This document shows positions 29,321-37,645 of a stretch of DNA of 64,000 nucleotides, piece after piece. The notes below the pieces were generated by a model. The model was not told the DNA's origin. It worked only from the letters and a program-made list of their open reading frames with translations, and ran no database searches. A program made the position numbers and the translations under genes. Within the stretch, counting starts at the first letter, position 1. Every line of letters starts with the position of its first letter. Location: the IMG/VR virus record IMGVR_UViG_3300012979_000031, positions 1 to 64,000 of that record; one strand, written 5' to 3'. Source of the DNA: a virus (lineage: Duplodnaviria; Caudoviricetes).

Positions 29321-30823
29321 ATGAATCAGTATTCAGAATATAGAAGTACGTACATGAACACTCCAGCTATGTCTGAGATGTTGTTACATGGTTCAGTATC
29401 TGTTGCAGATGCAAAGAACAGAGCAAACGAGTACGCTAAGATGTTCTCTCGTAATGATGAGATGATGGAAGGTGTTTACAATAGCCAGCCTTCTCTACTT
29501 GATAAAGCCTTCCCAGGTTATTACTCACAGAAGACTTTCTCTGGTTATTCAGAGACTCCACTATTGTCTACACAGTACTTTAATGCATCAGTAGCTTCTT
29601 ATGTTAGCTCTTTTGCAGGATTTATGTCTATTGAGCGTGACTTTGATCAGCCAAACGGTCTTTTCTACTGGTTTGACGTTCTAGGTGTAACTAACATGCG
29701 TTCAATCATTCCTAACCTTGGACCAGATAACTACCAGGATATTCAGACTATGGGTGGTTTCACAACTGAGATCTCTCCAAGTACAGATAATGCCGTTAAG
29801 GATTATCAGGTTATTACAGGTCGTAAGATCATCCCTGGTACAGTTCGTGTAAAGGTAGCTGATGGAAATAACTCATATGAGCTAGTTGATGATGGTAAGG
29901 GATCTCTAATGGCTATCGCTAACAAGATCACTTCTTCAGAGATTAACTACTTGACTGGTACTGTTAAGTTTACAGTAGTAGCTAACCCTGCTTCAACTGG
30001 TACTATCACAATCATCGGTAAGGAGGATACTACAGGTACTCCATGTAATACTAATGGTGCATCTAATTCTCACGCAAATGACAAGAGAGTTATCGCTAAG
30101 ATGCAGCAGACTGGTCTTAATACTGTACCTGATATGCTAGTTGCTGAGTATAACATCGCTTCTCTAGGTGCACTTAAGAAGGCTACTAACACAGATATGG
30201 CAACATTCTTGTTCACTAAGCTTCGTGAGTTGTATACTAAGTGTATTAACTACAAGTTGGTTTCTACTCTAGAGGAGGGTTACACAGGTGATACAATGGG
30301 AACTACTGCTAATGGATTCTCATTGGCTGCAGCAGCAATTTCAGGTCAGTTCTATGATTATCGTTCACGCGTTGACTTGTTCGATGCATTCTTGATCGAT
30401 GTTGAGGCTGCTCTTGCTCAGAAGGCTGTTAAGGGTGTAAACATCACTGCATTCGTTGCTGGTGCTAAGGCTTCAAATCATTTCCAGAAGGGTGGTATGA
30501 TTGGTAAGTTCGAGAAGAATACTAAGATCTCTTACATCAATGACCTTATCGGTTGGTATGATGGTATTCCAGTACTTCGTTCTACAGATATTAATGAGAA
30601 CGAGGCTGATGGTTCAGATGCAGTATTCTACGCTATCCACAAGACTCCAGACGGTCAGATGGCTCCTTTGGCACGTGGTATCTACATGCCATTGACTGAT
30701 ACTCCAACAATCGGTAACTATGCTAACCCTACTCAGATGGCTGCAGGTATCTACTATCAGGAAGGTACTAAGATGCTAGCTCCAGAGTTGGTACAGCGTG
30801 TTGCTTTCAAGTCAGGTATCTAA
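29321..30823 (+). CDS. major capsid protein (T4 gp23-like, HK97 fold)
   Basis: DQPNGLFY, LVAEYNIA, YMPL..NPTQMAAG resemble gp23 motifs; highly biased codons; followed by a terminator. Confidence 0.8.
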   Translation: MNQYSEYRSTYMNTPAMSEMLLHGSVSVADAKNRANEYAKMFSRNDEMMEGVYNSQPSLLDKAFPGYYSQKTFSGYSETPLLSTQYFNASVASYVSSFAGFMSIERDFDQPNGLFYWFDVLGVTNMRSIIPNLGPDNYQDIQTMGGFTTEISPSTDNAVKDYQVITGRKIIPGTVRVKVADGNNSYELVDDGKGSLMAIANKITSSEINYLTGTVKFTVVANPASTGTITIIGKEDTTGTPCNTNGASNSHANDKRVIAKMQQTGLNTVPDMLVAEYNIASLGALKKATNTDMATFLFTKLRELYTKCINYKLVSTLEEGYTGDTMGTTANGFSLAAAAISGQFYDYRSRVDLFDAFLIDVEAALAQKAVKGVNITAFVAGAKASNHFQKGGMIGKFEKNTKISYINDLIGWYDGIPVLRSTDINENEADGSDAVFYAIHKTPDGQMAPLARGIYMPLTDTPTIGNYANPTQMAAGIYYQEGTKMLAPELVQRVAFKSGI

Positions 30824-30873
30824 TAAATTCTTTGAGTTGTAAAAACTCCTTAAGTAAAAAAGAATAAAAATAA

Positions 30874-30916
30874 AGAGGGAATCAATTACACATCTAGTAG
30901 TTGGTTTCCTCTTTTT
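30874..30916 (+). terminator. intrinsic terminator after MCP
   Basis: AGAGGGAATCAA...TTGGTTTCCTCT followed by T-run. Confidence 0.7.
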
Positions 30917-30943
30917 AATTTAAGATAATGATAATAATAATAC

Positions 30944-31171
30944 ATGGCTAGATTTATTTTAAAACGTAAGATTTTCTTTGTTGGACTTGGAAACCTGGCC
31001 AACGCTGCTACAGGTATGAAAGGTGCTCAACAATTAACTTCTGCTGGAAAAGCCTGGGAAGCAACTAAAGGAATAACTAAGTTAGGCATTGCTGGAACTG
31101 CTGTAGCTGCTCCTATTATTGCTGCTAAAGGGGCGTATGATATTGCAACTGGAAAACCTTTAGAAAGTTAA
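30944..31171 (+). CDS. leader-bearing small hydrophobic protein (MARFILKRKIFF)
   Basis: Leader; LGIAGTAVAAP helix. Confidence 0.7.
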   Translation: MARFILKRKIFFVGLGNLANAATGMKGAQQLTSAGKAWEATKGITKLGIAGTAVAAPIIAAKGAYDIATGKPLES

Positions 31172-31175
31172 AAAG

Positions 31176-31754
31176 ATGATTATAGTAAGACAAAAACAAT
31201 TTGATGAAGAAGAAAGTAGTACTGGTTCTAAAATTTTAAAAGGAACACTAGGAGTTGCTGGAACTGTTGGTGCTTTCTACGGTGCTCGAAAAGGTATGCT
31301 AGGTAATACTATTCAGATGGGAGCTAATAAACTCTACGGACAAGCTGGTGTTCAGTTGCAAAGACTAGGTAATACAGTTGCAGGTGGCTGGAAAGGAGGC
31401 GGTAATTTCCTTGCTAAACGTGGAAATAATATGGTAGAGTCTGCTTCTAAGGAATACGGAATCGCTAATGCACAGAAAAATTTAATCCAAGAGGGTATGA
31501 GCAAGGATCAAGTAGTCGGAGCAATTAATAAAGGTAAATCACAACTCAGAAATGATCTCTACAAAGATTATGGTGGTAGAAGTGGATTTAGAACACAACA
31601 GAATAATATAGACTATAAAAATATGTACGACTCCCAGAAAGCAATTAAGAAACCTGTAACCCCTACTCCTGTAACTAGTGGTGATTCTATAACTACAGCT
31701 AATAACCACGTACCTACAGTTGATCAATTAAAAGGTGGTTTAAGACTAGCATAA
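31176..31754 (+). CDS. leader-bearing Gly-rich protein (MIIVRQKQFD)
   Basis: Leader; GTLGVAGTVGAFYG. Confidence 0.7.
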   Translation: MIIVRQKQFDEEESSTGSKILKGTLGVAGTVGAFYGARKGMLGNTIQMGANKLYGQAGVQLQRLGNTVAGGWKGGGNFLAKRGNNMVESASKEYGIANAQKNLIQEGMSKDQVVGAINKGKSQLRNDLYKDYGGRSGFRTQQNNIDYKNMYDSQKAIKKPVTPTPVTSGDSITTANNHVPTVDQLKGGLRLA

Positions 31755-31765
31755 AAATAATAATA

Positions 31766-32839
31766 ATGAAAGAGTTTATATATAGAGGTCTAGTATTAAG
31801 TACTAACTGTAAATACTTTAATGTAGTGAAAGGCATTAGTGATTCAGTTGTTGAAGATAATACGACGTCTACATTAACTTTATCATTTACAGAAGGTAGT
31901 ACAACAGACTCATTTTCGGAATTAACAGGTACACCTAAGATTGGAAAGTCACAGGAACTGGAACCTCTCGGAGTACCAATGAAACTTTCTGATCAAATAT
32001 TAACACTGAATGGCCTGAAGTTAAGAAAAAAGACTATAGATTCTCATGTGATTAATATAGTAATAGTTAGTGATTGTGAGTCTAGAGTAAGTCAAGATTA
32101 CTGGCATACAACTATAGTAGTTTCAAAGAATGATGCTAATAATCCAGAATTCGCCCAATACTTATTCTATTCTGGAAACTTAAAATTCTTACAACCAGTC
32201 GGACCTATGCCAGATTGTTGGGAGATTAGAAACTTTCCAAAGATAATAATAGGAGATACTAGCTTAACATTAACATCAACCAGTACAGAGGTTTTTCAGC
32301 TTAGAAGGACTTATGATGATTATGTAATACGAGCCATAGACTATCAAGAACAAGCTATATCAGAGTTTAGAAGAATACTTGATGGATATGGATTAGAGCT
32401 AGTAAGACAAAATAAAGAAACTACATTGAAAAAGACATCTTATGTAGTTTATCAGTTCTCTCAAACCCCAACTAAGATCAATCACCCATATTACGATGAA
32501 GTTGGTAGAAGAGTTATTTCACACAAGCTACCAGTCAACTTTTCATTACATACTACAGATATGGTTATGTTCTTTGATTTTAAAAATAAGTATACAAACC
32601 TAGATCTATTAACTAATTTCTGTGAGTATAAGACCTATGATAAGTATGGGAAAAGATGGACTGCTGCTATAAAATGGGGAGGAATCACAGAGGACTTTAA
32701 TCATCAATACCAATCAGATGATAATTCTAATTTTGCATTTCAGTGTCAGTTTATGTGTGAAATACATTTTTATGAAGTATTTGATGATAGATATGATGTG
32801 TTGAGAGAAATAGAACAATCGATTGAAGCAGAAGGATGA
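31766..32839 (+). CDS. virion structural protein, possibly neck or tail terminator
   Basis: Position between capsid and sheath; beta-rich C-terminus; no decisive motif. Confidence 0.4.
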   Translation: MKEFIYRGLVLSTNCKYFNVVKGISDSVVEDNTTSTLTLSFTEGSTTDSFSELTGTPKIGKSQELEPLGVPMKLSDQILTLNGLKLRKKTIDSHVINIVIVSDCESRVSQDYWHTTIVVSKNDANNPEFAQYLFYSGNLKFLQPVGPMPDCWEIRNFPKIIIGDTSLTLTSTSTEVFQLRRTYDDYVIRAIDYQEQAISEFRRILDGYGLELVRQNKETTLKKTSYVVYQFSQTPTKINHPYYDEVGRRVISHKLPVNFSLHTTDMVMFFDFKNKYTNLDLLTNFCEYKTYDKYGKRWTAAIKWGGITEDFNHQYQSDDNSNFAFQCQFMCEIHFYEVFDDRYDVLREIEQSIEAEG

Positions 32840-33207
32840 TTTCATTTAGACAGAAGAAAACTTTGATACAAAATATGATGCCAAAGGCGATGGAGTATCT
32901 AGAGGGAGAAAATATTCCATTTAACCGTATTAAGAAGGAGGATGCAGATAGAGTATCTTCTGTAAATAGTAAGGCAATGGTTCTTGTATCATTTATTAAG
33001 AACGAACATGGAAATTATGAAATCCAAGTTCAAGATAAGAAGCTTTATAGTTACACAGTCAAGTTGCTCAAGGAAATCTTTAGAATGAATATTAAAGAAG
33101 TAGATGAGAAGAATAGAACTATAACTGCAGAATGTAACTATGAAGGAATTATACTAGATATTATAGATATACTAGGAAGAAAATATAATCTATCACTAGT
33201 TTGTTAA
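32836..33207 (+). CDS. leader-bearing protein (MISFRQKK)
   Basis: Partial leader; coupled start. Confidence 0.65.
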   Translation: MISFRQKKTLIQNMMPKAMEYLEGENIPFNRIKKEDADRVSSVNSKAMVLVSFIKNEHGNYEIQVQDKKLYSYTVKLLKEIFRMNIKEVDEKNRTITAECNYEGIILDIIDILGRKYNLSLVC

Positions 33208-33212
33208 ACCTT

Positions 33213-33890
33213 ATGATACAGTTTAGACAAAAAGAGTATACGGAACATGACGTTATGAGATTACTCTACGTCGAGCTTAAGAAAGATGGATTCTGGAGAG
33301 ATCGAGTAAAGGTAATTAATAGAAGTTCAATAATTCCGGTACTCAGAGGAAATAATATTTTAATAGAGCGCTTTGTTATATCTACTAATTTATTTAGTAA
33401 AGATAAATATAGATTATATATCAAGATTGGAGCACAAGCAAAATTACCTGATGAAGTTAGATTACCAGAGATTATACGACAAAGAAAAGTTCTAAATACA
33501 AAACTAAATTTTAGAGCTGCTGGTGGACCTTTCTTTCAGAATGAATTTAGCGAAACTGAAGAGGACATATTGTTACGTGAAAAGTTGTTTGGAAATAATA
33601 AGAAGAATAAAGGCGGAAATAACAACAATAATAACAACGGTAACAATAATAATAATAGTCAGGCTGCATCTCCTTCTGTATATGCTGAGGTTTCAAATAC
33701 TACACCTGGTGCTGATATTGAGTATGATATCAGATATCTCCTAGGTGAAGCCGTAAAGTATGATAAAAAAGACAGATCTTTGGTTCTTGAGTTTGACGGT
33801 CCTAAAGAGGATGCTATCAGAAGTATTAAAGAAGCTCTAAATATTCTCCCTTTCGGATTAGAATATAACATTTATTTACTAGATGTATGA
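33213..33890 (+). CDS. leader-bearing protein (MIQFRQKEYT) with poly-Asn linker
   Basis: Start reassigned to the leader ATG; internal KLFG. Confidence 0.65.
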   Translation: MIQFRQKEYTEHDVMRLLYVELKKDGFWRDRVKVINRSSIIPVLRGNNILIERFVISTNLFSKDKYRLYIKIGAQAKLPDEVRLPEIIRQRKVLNTKLNFRAAGGPFFQNEFSETEEDILLREKLFGNNKKNKGGNNNNNNNGNNNNNSQAASPSVYAEVSNTTPGADIEYDIRYLLGEAVKYDKKDRSLVLEFDGPKEDAIRSIKEALNILPFGLEYNIYLLDV

Positions 33891-34126
33891 TGTTGACTTT
33901 AAAAAGAACTCTTCAAAATCCTATCAAGAAGAAACCGACTACTATGAATACTGGCGGAGGAATTGTTGGATTTAATAAAACTAGAAACTATGACCAGGAT
34001 TTTAATAGACTGGGGAAATTAGAGACTACACGCCAATTAAGTCAAGTAGGAGAGTTGCAGAAGGAAATGAAGAAGTTAAGTACGGAATTAAATGAGGGAA
34101 GAAGAGGAAAATGGCTAGATACATAA
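33887..34126 (+). CDS. small basic protein
   Basis: 79 aa, coupled; weak leader MMLTLKR. Confidence 0.55.
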   Translation: MMLTLKRTLQNPIKKKPTTMNTGGGIVGFNKTRNYDQDFNRLGKLETTRQLSQVGELQKEMKKLSTELNEGRRGKWLDT

Positions 34127-34425
34127 TAAAAAGAAAATTAAAGCAGTTTGGTGTTATATCAGAAACTGGTGCGGGACTTGTTAATGGACTGGGAGCTGGT
34201 GTAGAGACTGCGGGTGATGCTGTAAAAAGTAAAGCTGGACAAACTGCTGGTGGTATAGCTTCTGCAATGAATTTTGGAAGTGCTGTAGGTGGAATGTTAG
34301 GCGGAGGACCTTTAGGAATGTTAGCTGGTTATGCTGGTACTTATTTAGCAGGTAGAGCAGCAGCTAATGCAGTAGGAAGTGGTCTACAATCTATGGGTCA
34401 GAGCATGCAAAATGTTCAGGGTTAA
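34111..34425 (+). CDS. leader-bearing Gly-zipper protein (MARYIIKRKLKQFG)
   Basis: Extremely Gly/Ala-rich. Confidence 0.7.
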   Translation: MARYIIKRKLKQFGVISETGAGLVNGLGAGVETAGDAVKSKAGQTAGGIASAMNFGSAVGGMLGGGPLGMLAGYAGTYLAGRAAANAVGSGLQSMGQSMQNVQG

Positions 34426-34430
34426 AGGTT

Positions 34431-35513
34431 ATGATAAAATTTAGAGAAAAGATATTTTTTGTTCAAGGATTAATGGCAGTAGGCTCAATAGCATCTCTTC
34501 CTATGATGGCAATGCAGATGTCTCAAGGTTCTGAACAAGCTGAAATGGCAGAAAAACAAAATGCCGAAAACATAAAAGCCATGAACTCTCAAACAGCAGC
34601 CATTAACCGTCTTGCTAAAGCTAATCCAGGAATGGGAACTCAGGTAGGACAGATTAAGGCAGGTAGATTCAGTGATACTAAGGAGGTAGGTAGAAGAAAA
34701 TTATTTGCTGCCGCTGGAGGAATGGGAGTATTATCTAAGTCATGGCAAACTGCTAAAAATCTATGGAAAGAGAACCCAAAGATAGCAGAACAGGTTAAGA
34801 TGGGTGTTGGTATTGGTGCAACACTAGGAGCTGGAAAGTATATTGTCGGAAAGATGATCTCTAATGATGCTAAGAATAGTGGAATTGACTTGAACGCTGC
34901 TACACAAATGAATAAGGATATGCAACAAAAGGCTTATTCAGCAGAAGTAGTTAATCAAGTAGCACAACAGGGAGCCGAGAATACAACACAAAAGACCGCT
35001 GGTAATTTTCTAGGTAAGGCTAAGAAATTTGCTGGAGGACAGTTACTTAATGTTGGTTTTGCCGGATTTGAAGGAGTTAGTAATTGGGGAACTTGGAAAG
35101 CTGAGAAAGAAGCATTACAAGGTATGACTAGACAGACTAATTCATTTCAGAGACAGAAGGCTTACTCTATACTACAGAAAGAGTTTGGCGTAGGAACATT
35201 CTTTGCCAGAGCTGCTAAAAAGACTACTAATGGACTTGGTAGTTTCTTAGGTGTAGGTAACTCAAAGACAATGGCAAATGTAGGTAAGAAGTTGAGTAAG
35301 ACTGCTGGAGAAAATAATATTCAGAAAACTGTTGGAGATTTCATGACTAACCATAAGTATGCATCTACAGCCCTAGGTGTTGGAGCTGGTATTGGTGTTG
35401 CTTTTCCATTAGGTGAGAAGATTGGTAGTACGGCTGTTGAAGTTCCTACTAAAGCCATGGATAAGAGTGCATATGATTGGGAAAATTATCAAAATTCAAA
35501 AGTACAGTCGTAA
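34431..35513 (+). CDS. leader-bearing multi-module protein (MIKFREKIFF)
   Basis: Internal KLFA, KAYS x2 and KEFG sites separating Gly-rich helices. Confidence 0.7.
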   Translation: MIKFREKIFFVQGLMAVGSIASLPMMAMQMSQGSEQAEMAEKQNAENIKAMNSQTAAINRLAKANPGMGTQVGQIKAGRFSDTKEVGRRKLFAAAGGMGVLSKSWQTAKNLWKENPKIAEQVKMGVGIGATLGAGKYIVGKMISNDAKNSGIDLNAATQMNKDMQQKAYSAEVVNQVAQQGAENTTQKTAGNFLGKAKKFAGGQLLNVGFAGFEGVSNWGTWKAEKEALQGMTRQTNSFQRQKAYSILQKEFGVGTFFARAAKKTTNGLGSFLGVGNSKTMANVGKKLSKTAGENNIQKTVGDFMTNHKYASTALGVGAGIGVAFPLGEKIGSTAVEVPTKAMDKSAYDWENYQNSKVQS

Positions 35514-35944
35514 TGGGAAGATTTATATTGAAGAGAAAACTTTATACTGTTTATGATGAGACTGATTCACTAAAGAGAATGAAGGACTCAGATATACTAG
35601 CACAACAGAAAAAGGAAGCCCCCGGTCTAGGTAATGTAGCTCAATCGGCAATTACTGGAGCGGTAGCAGGTGCAGGAGCTCTGGGAGTAGCTGGAACTAT
35701 CAAGAATACAGTCAACGGTGGAGGTTTCAAAGGTGCATGGAAAGGATTTAAAGGTGGAGCTGGAACAGGTGCAATCTTAGGTGGACTAGGAGCTGGAGCT
35801 TACGCAATGTACAAGAGAAGTAAACAGGTTGAGGATAATAGTTTCTACAATAAAAGACTTGATTATGCAAAGAAACAAGCTTTACGTAGAGAGAAGATTG
35901 ATTGGAAAAATAATATGACCCAGCGTGATGGGTATTCTTATTAA
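35513..35944 (+). CDS. leader-bearing Gly-zipper protein (MGRFILKRKLYT)
   Basis: Start reassigned to the TAATG-coupled ATG. Confidence 0.7.
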   Translation: MGRFILKRKLYTVYDETDSLKRMKDSDILAQQKKEAPGLGNVAQSAITGAVAGAGALGVAGTIKNTVNGGGFKGAWKGFKGGAGTGAILGGLGAGAYAMYKRSKQVEDNSFYNKRLDYAKKQALRREKIDWKNNMTQRDGYSY

Positions 35945-35952
35945 TTTATAAA

Positions 35953-36684
35953 ATGGTTAAATTTAGATTAAAGAACTTTTCTATTCAGGATGGCGGATAT
36001 AAAGGCGGAAAGTATCAACCAGTAAAAGCTAACTATGCTAAAGGTGCAGGTTTAGGAGCTAGTGTTGGTGCCATTGCAGGAGTTTTGAGTGGAATGAACA
36101 AAGGAAATACAGTTGGAGGAGCAGCTCTTGGTTTAGCGGCTGGAGCAGGTATTGGAGCATTTATATCATGGATGAGAGAGAAGTGTGATCAGTCAATTTT
36201 TAATAGAGGAGAGGCTATTAGTGCTAACTCTTTCACCTTAATGCAGATACTTGAGGATAACTATACAAACTATGATCCAGATAATGAGGAGATTAATGTA
36301 TCAAGAACTCAGACAGATGATCAAGGAAATACTGTAACTGTAGCAAAGAAAACTACTAGATCAAATAAAACAGGTGTTGTAGCTAAAGGTAGTTTGTATA
36401 CAGTAAACCAAGATCCGAATAAATGTACAATATCTGCTTACTATAGTGCGGGAGTTCTAGTACTTTATGTTAATCGTCCGAAGAATCATGAGCTTAGTTT
36501 CTTGAATAAAATATTAGATAAGTATTGCTATAGCTACAAGAATGCGGATTATACAGCAACACAAATTAGAAATAATGTATATGAAGTAGAGGTAGCTATT
36601 GTGGCTGGAACTGAAACTGATATTTGTGAACAGCTAGTTGATTCTGGTTTCTGTTTGAACATTATGACTACTAATAAATTCTAA
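35953..36684 (+). CDS. leader + Gly-zipper 2TM + globular domain (MVKFRLKNFS)
   Basis: Likely paralog of 36973 and 41904. Confidence 0.7.
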   Translation: MVKFRLKNFSIQDGGYKGGKYQPVKANYAKGAGLGASVGAIAGVLSGMNKGNTVGGAALGLAAGAGIGAFISWMREKCDQSIFNRGEAISANSFTLMQILEDNYTNYDPDNEEINVSRTQTDDQGNTVTVAKKTTRSNKTGVVAKGSLYTVNQDPNKCTISAYYSAGVLVLYVNRPKNHELSFLNKILDKYCYSYKNADYTATQIRNNVYEVEVAIVAGTETDICEQLVDSGFCLNIMTTNKF

Positions 36685-36687
36685 CTT

Positions 36688-36972
36688 ATGTTAATACTTA
36701 GACAAAGAAGTTTCGGAAGGAAAGAACAGATTGGAAAATTCTTGAAAGAGTCTCCAGTGATGCCAGCTACTGCATTAGGTCTAAGTGCTACTAGTGTTTA
36801 TTTATCAGCTACTCGAAACAAACAGCTAAAAGAACAGAATCAGAAACAACTTGAAGCTTTGAAAGACTTGACTAGATCACTAAATAAAGTTGACAGAACA
36901 ATATCTAGTGCTAGCAATGATAACCTAGAAGAAGCTGCTAAAAATAAGAAACGTAAATATTCTATATTTTAA
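36688..36972 (+). CDS. leader-bearing small protein (MLILRQRSFG)
   Basis: Leader, hydrophobic helix, coiled coil. Confidence 0.7.
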   Translation: MLILRQRSFGRKEQIGKFLKESPVMPATALGLSATSVYLSATRNKQLKEQNQKQLEALKDLTRSLNKVDRTISSASNDNLEEAAKNKKRKYSIF

Positions 36973-37617
36973 ATGATAAAGTTTAGACAAAAAGATTTCG
37001 GATTTACTGATTCTGCTATTAGTGGTAGTGTAGCAGGTTGGCACTTAGGAGGTGCTGTAGGTGGATTAACTAGACTAGATGCTCCTGCAAAGTTGTTAGG
37101 AATGTCTAAAGGCCTAGAAGGTTATGGACCCGGACAGAGGATGCTTGCGGGAGCTATTACTGGTGCTGTCATTGGTGCATCTCTTGGAATTCTTGCAGAG
37201 GGGATCAAGAAAATCTCTACTAATATAAACAGAAGAAATACAGTAGATAATAGACTGTTAAAAGTTGTTGTTGAAAATCTTCAGAAACAAGGATTCAAAG
37301 AAGGAGAAAAGTTCACAAGAGATCCAAAAACAGCTAGTGAGTTAAGAATAAAGATCTGTATTTCTGTAGCTAGAGTTAATGGTGATCTTAGGCTTCTTGT
37401 AAATACTATTAAGGATCCTAAGTTGAAAGATTTATCTGAAACTATGATATCTCGTCTACCTAATTCTAGTGTAGTGAGACAGGACATGAAAGATAAGTTT
37501 AATGAGATATCAATCACTTCTATTTCAGATTCTTCAGCGGATTCTGGATTAATTACTGGAATTGCTGAGTACTTTATAAGAAATGGTTATCCAGTATACT
37601 TAGTAGAAGTGGGTTAA
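36973..37617 (+). CDS. leader + Gly-zipper 2TM + globular domain (MIKFRQKDFG)
   Basis: GAITGAVIGASLG. Confidence 0.7.
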   Translation: MIKFRQKDFGFTDSAISGSVAGWHLGGAVGGLTRLDAPAKLLGMSKGLEGYGPGQRMLAGAITGAVIGASLGILAEGIKKISTNINRRNTVDNRLLKVVVENLQKQGFKEGEKFTRDPKTASELRIKICISVARVNGDLRLLVNTIKDPKLKDLSETMISRLPNSSVVRQDMKDKFNEISITSISDSSADSGLITGIAEYFIRNGYPVYLVEVG

Positions 37618-37645
37618 AATAAACAAATAAATATTTTAAAATAAT

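Noticed and set aside
33595-33660. AAT/AAC run as a regulatory microsatellite
   Set aside because: In-frame poly-Asn linker; length changes would not shift the frame
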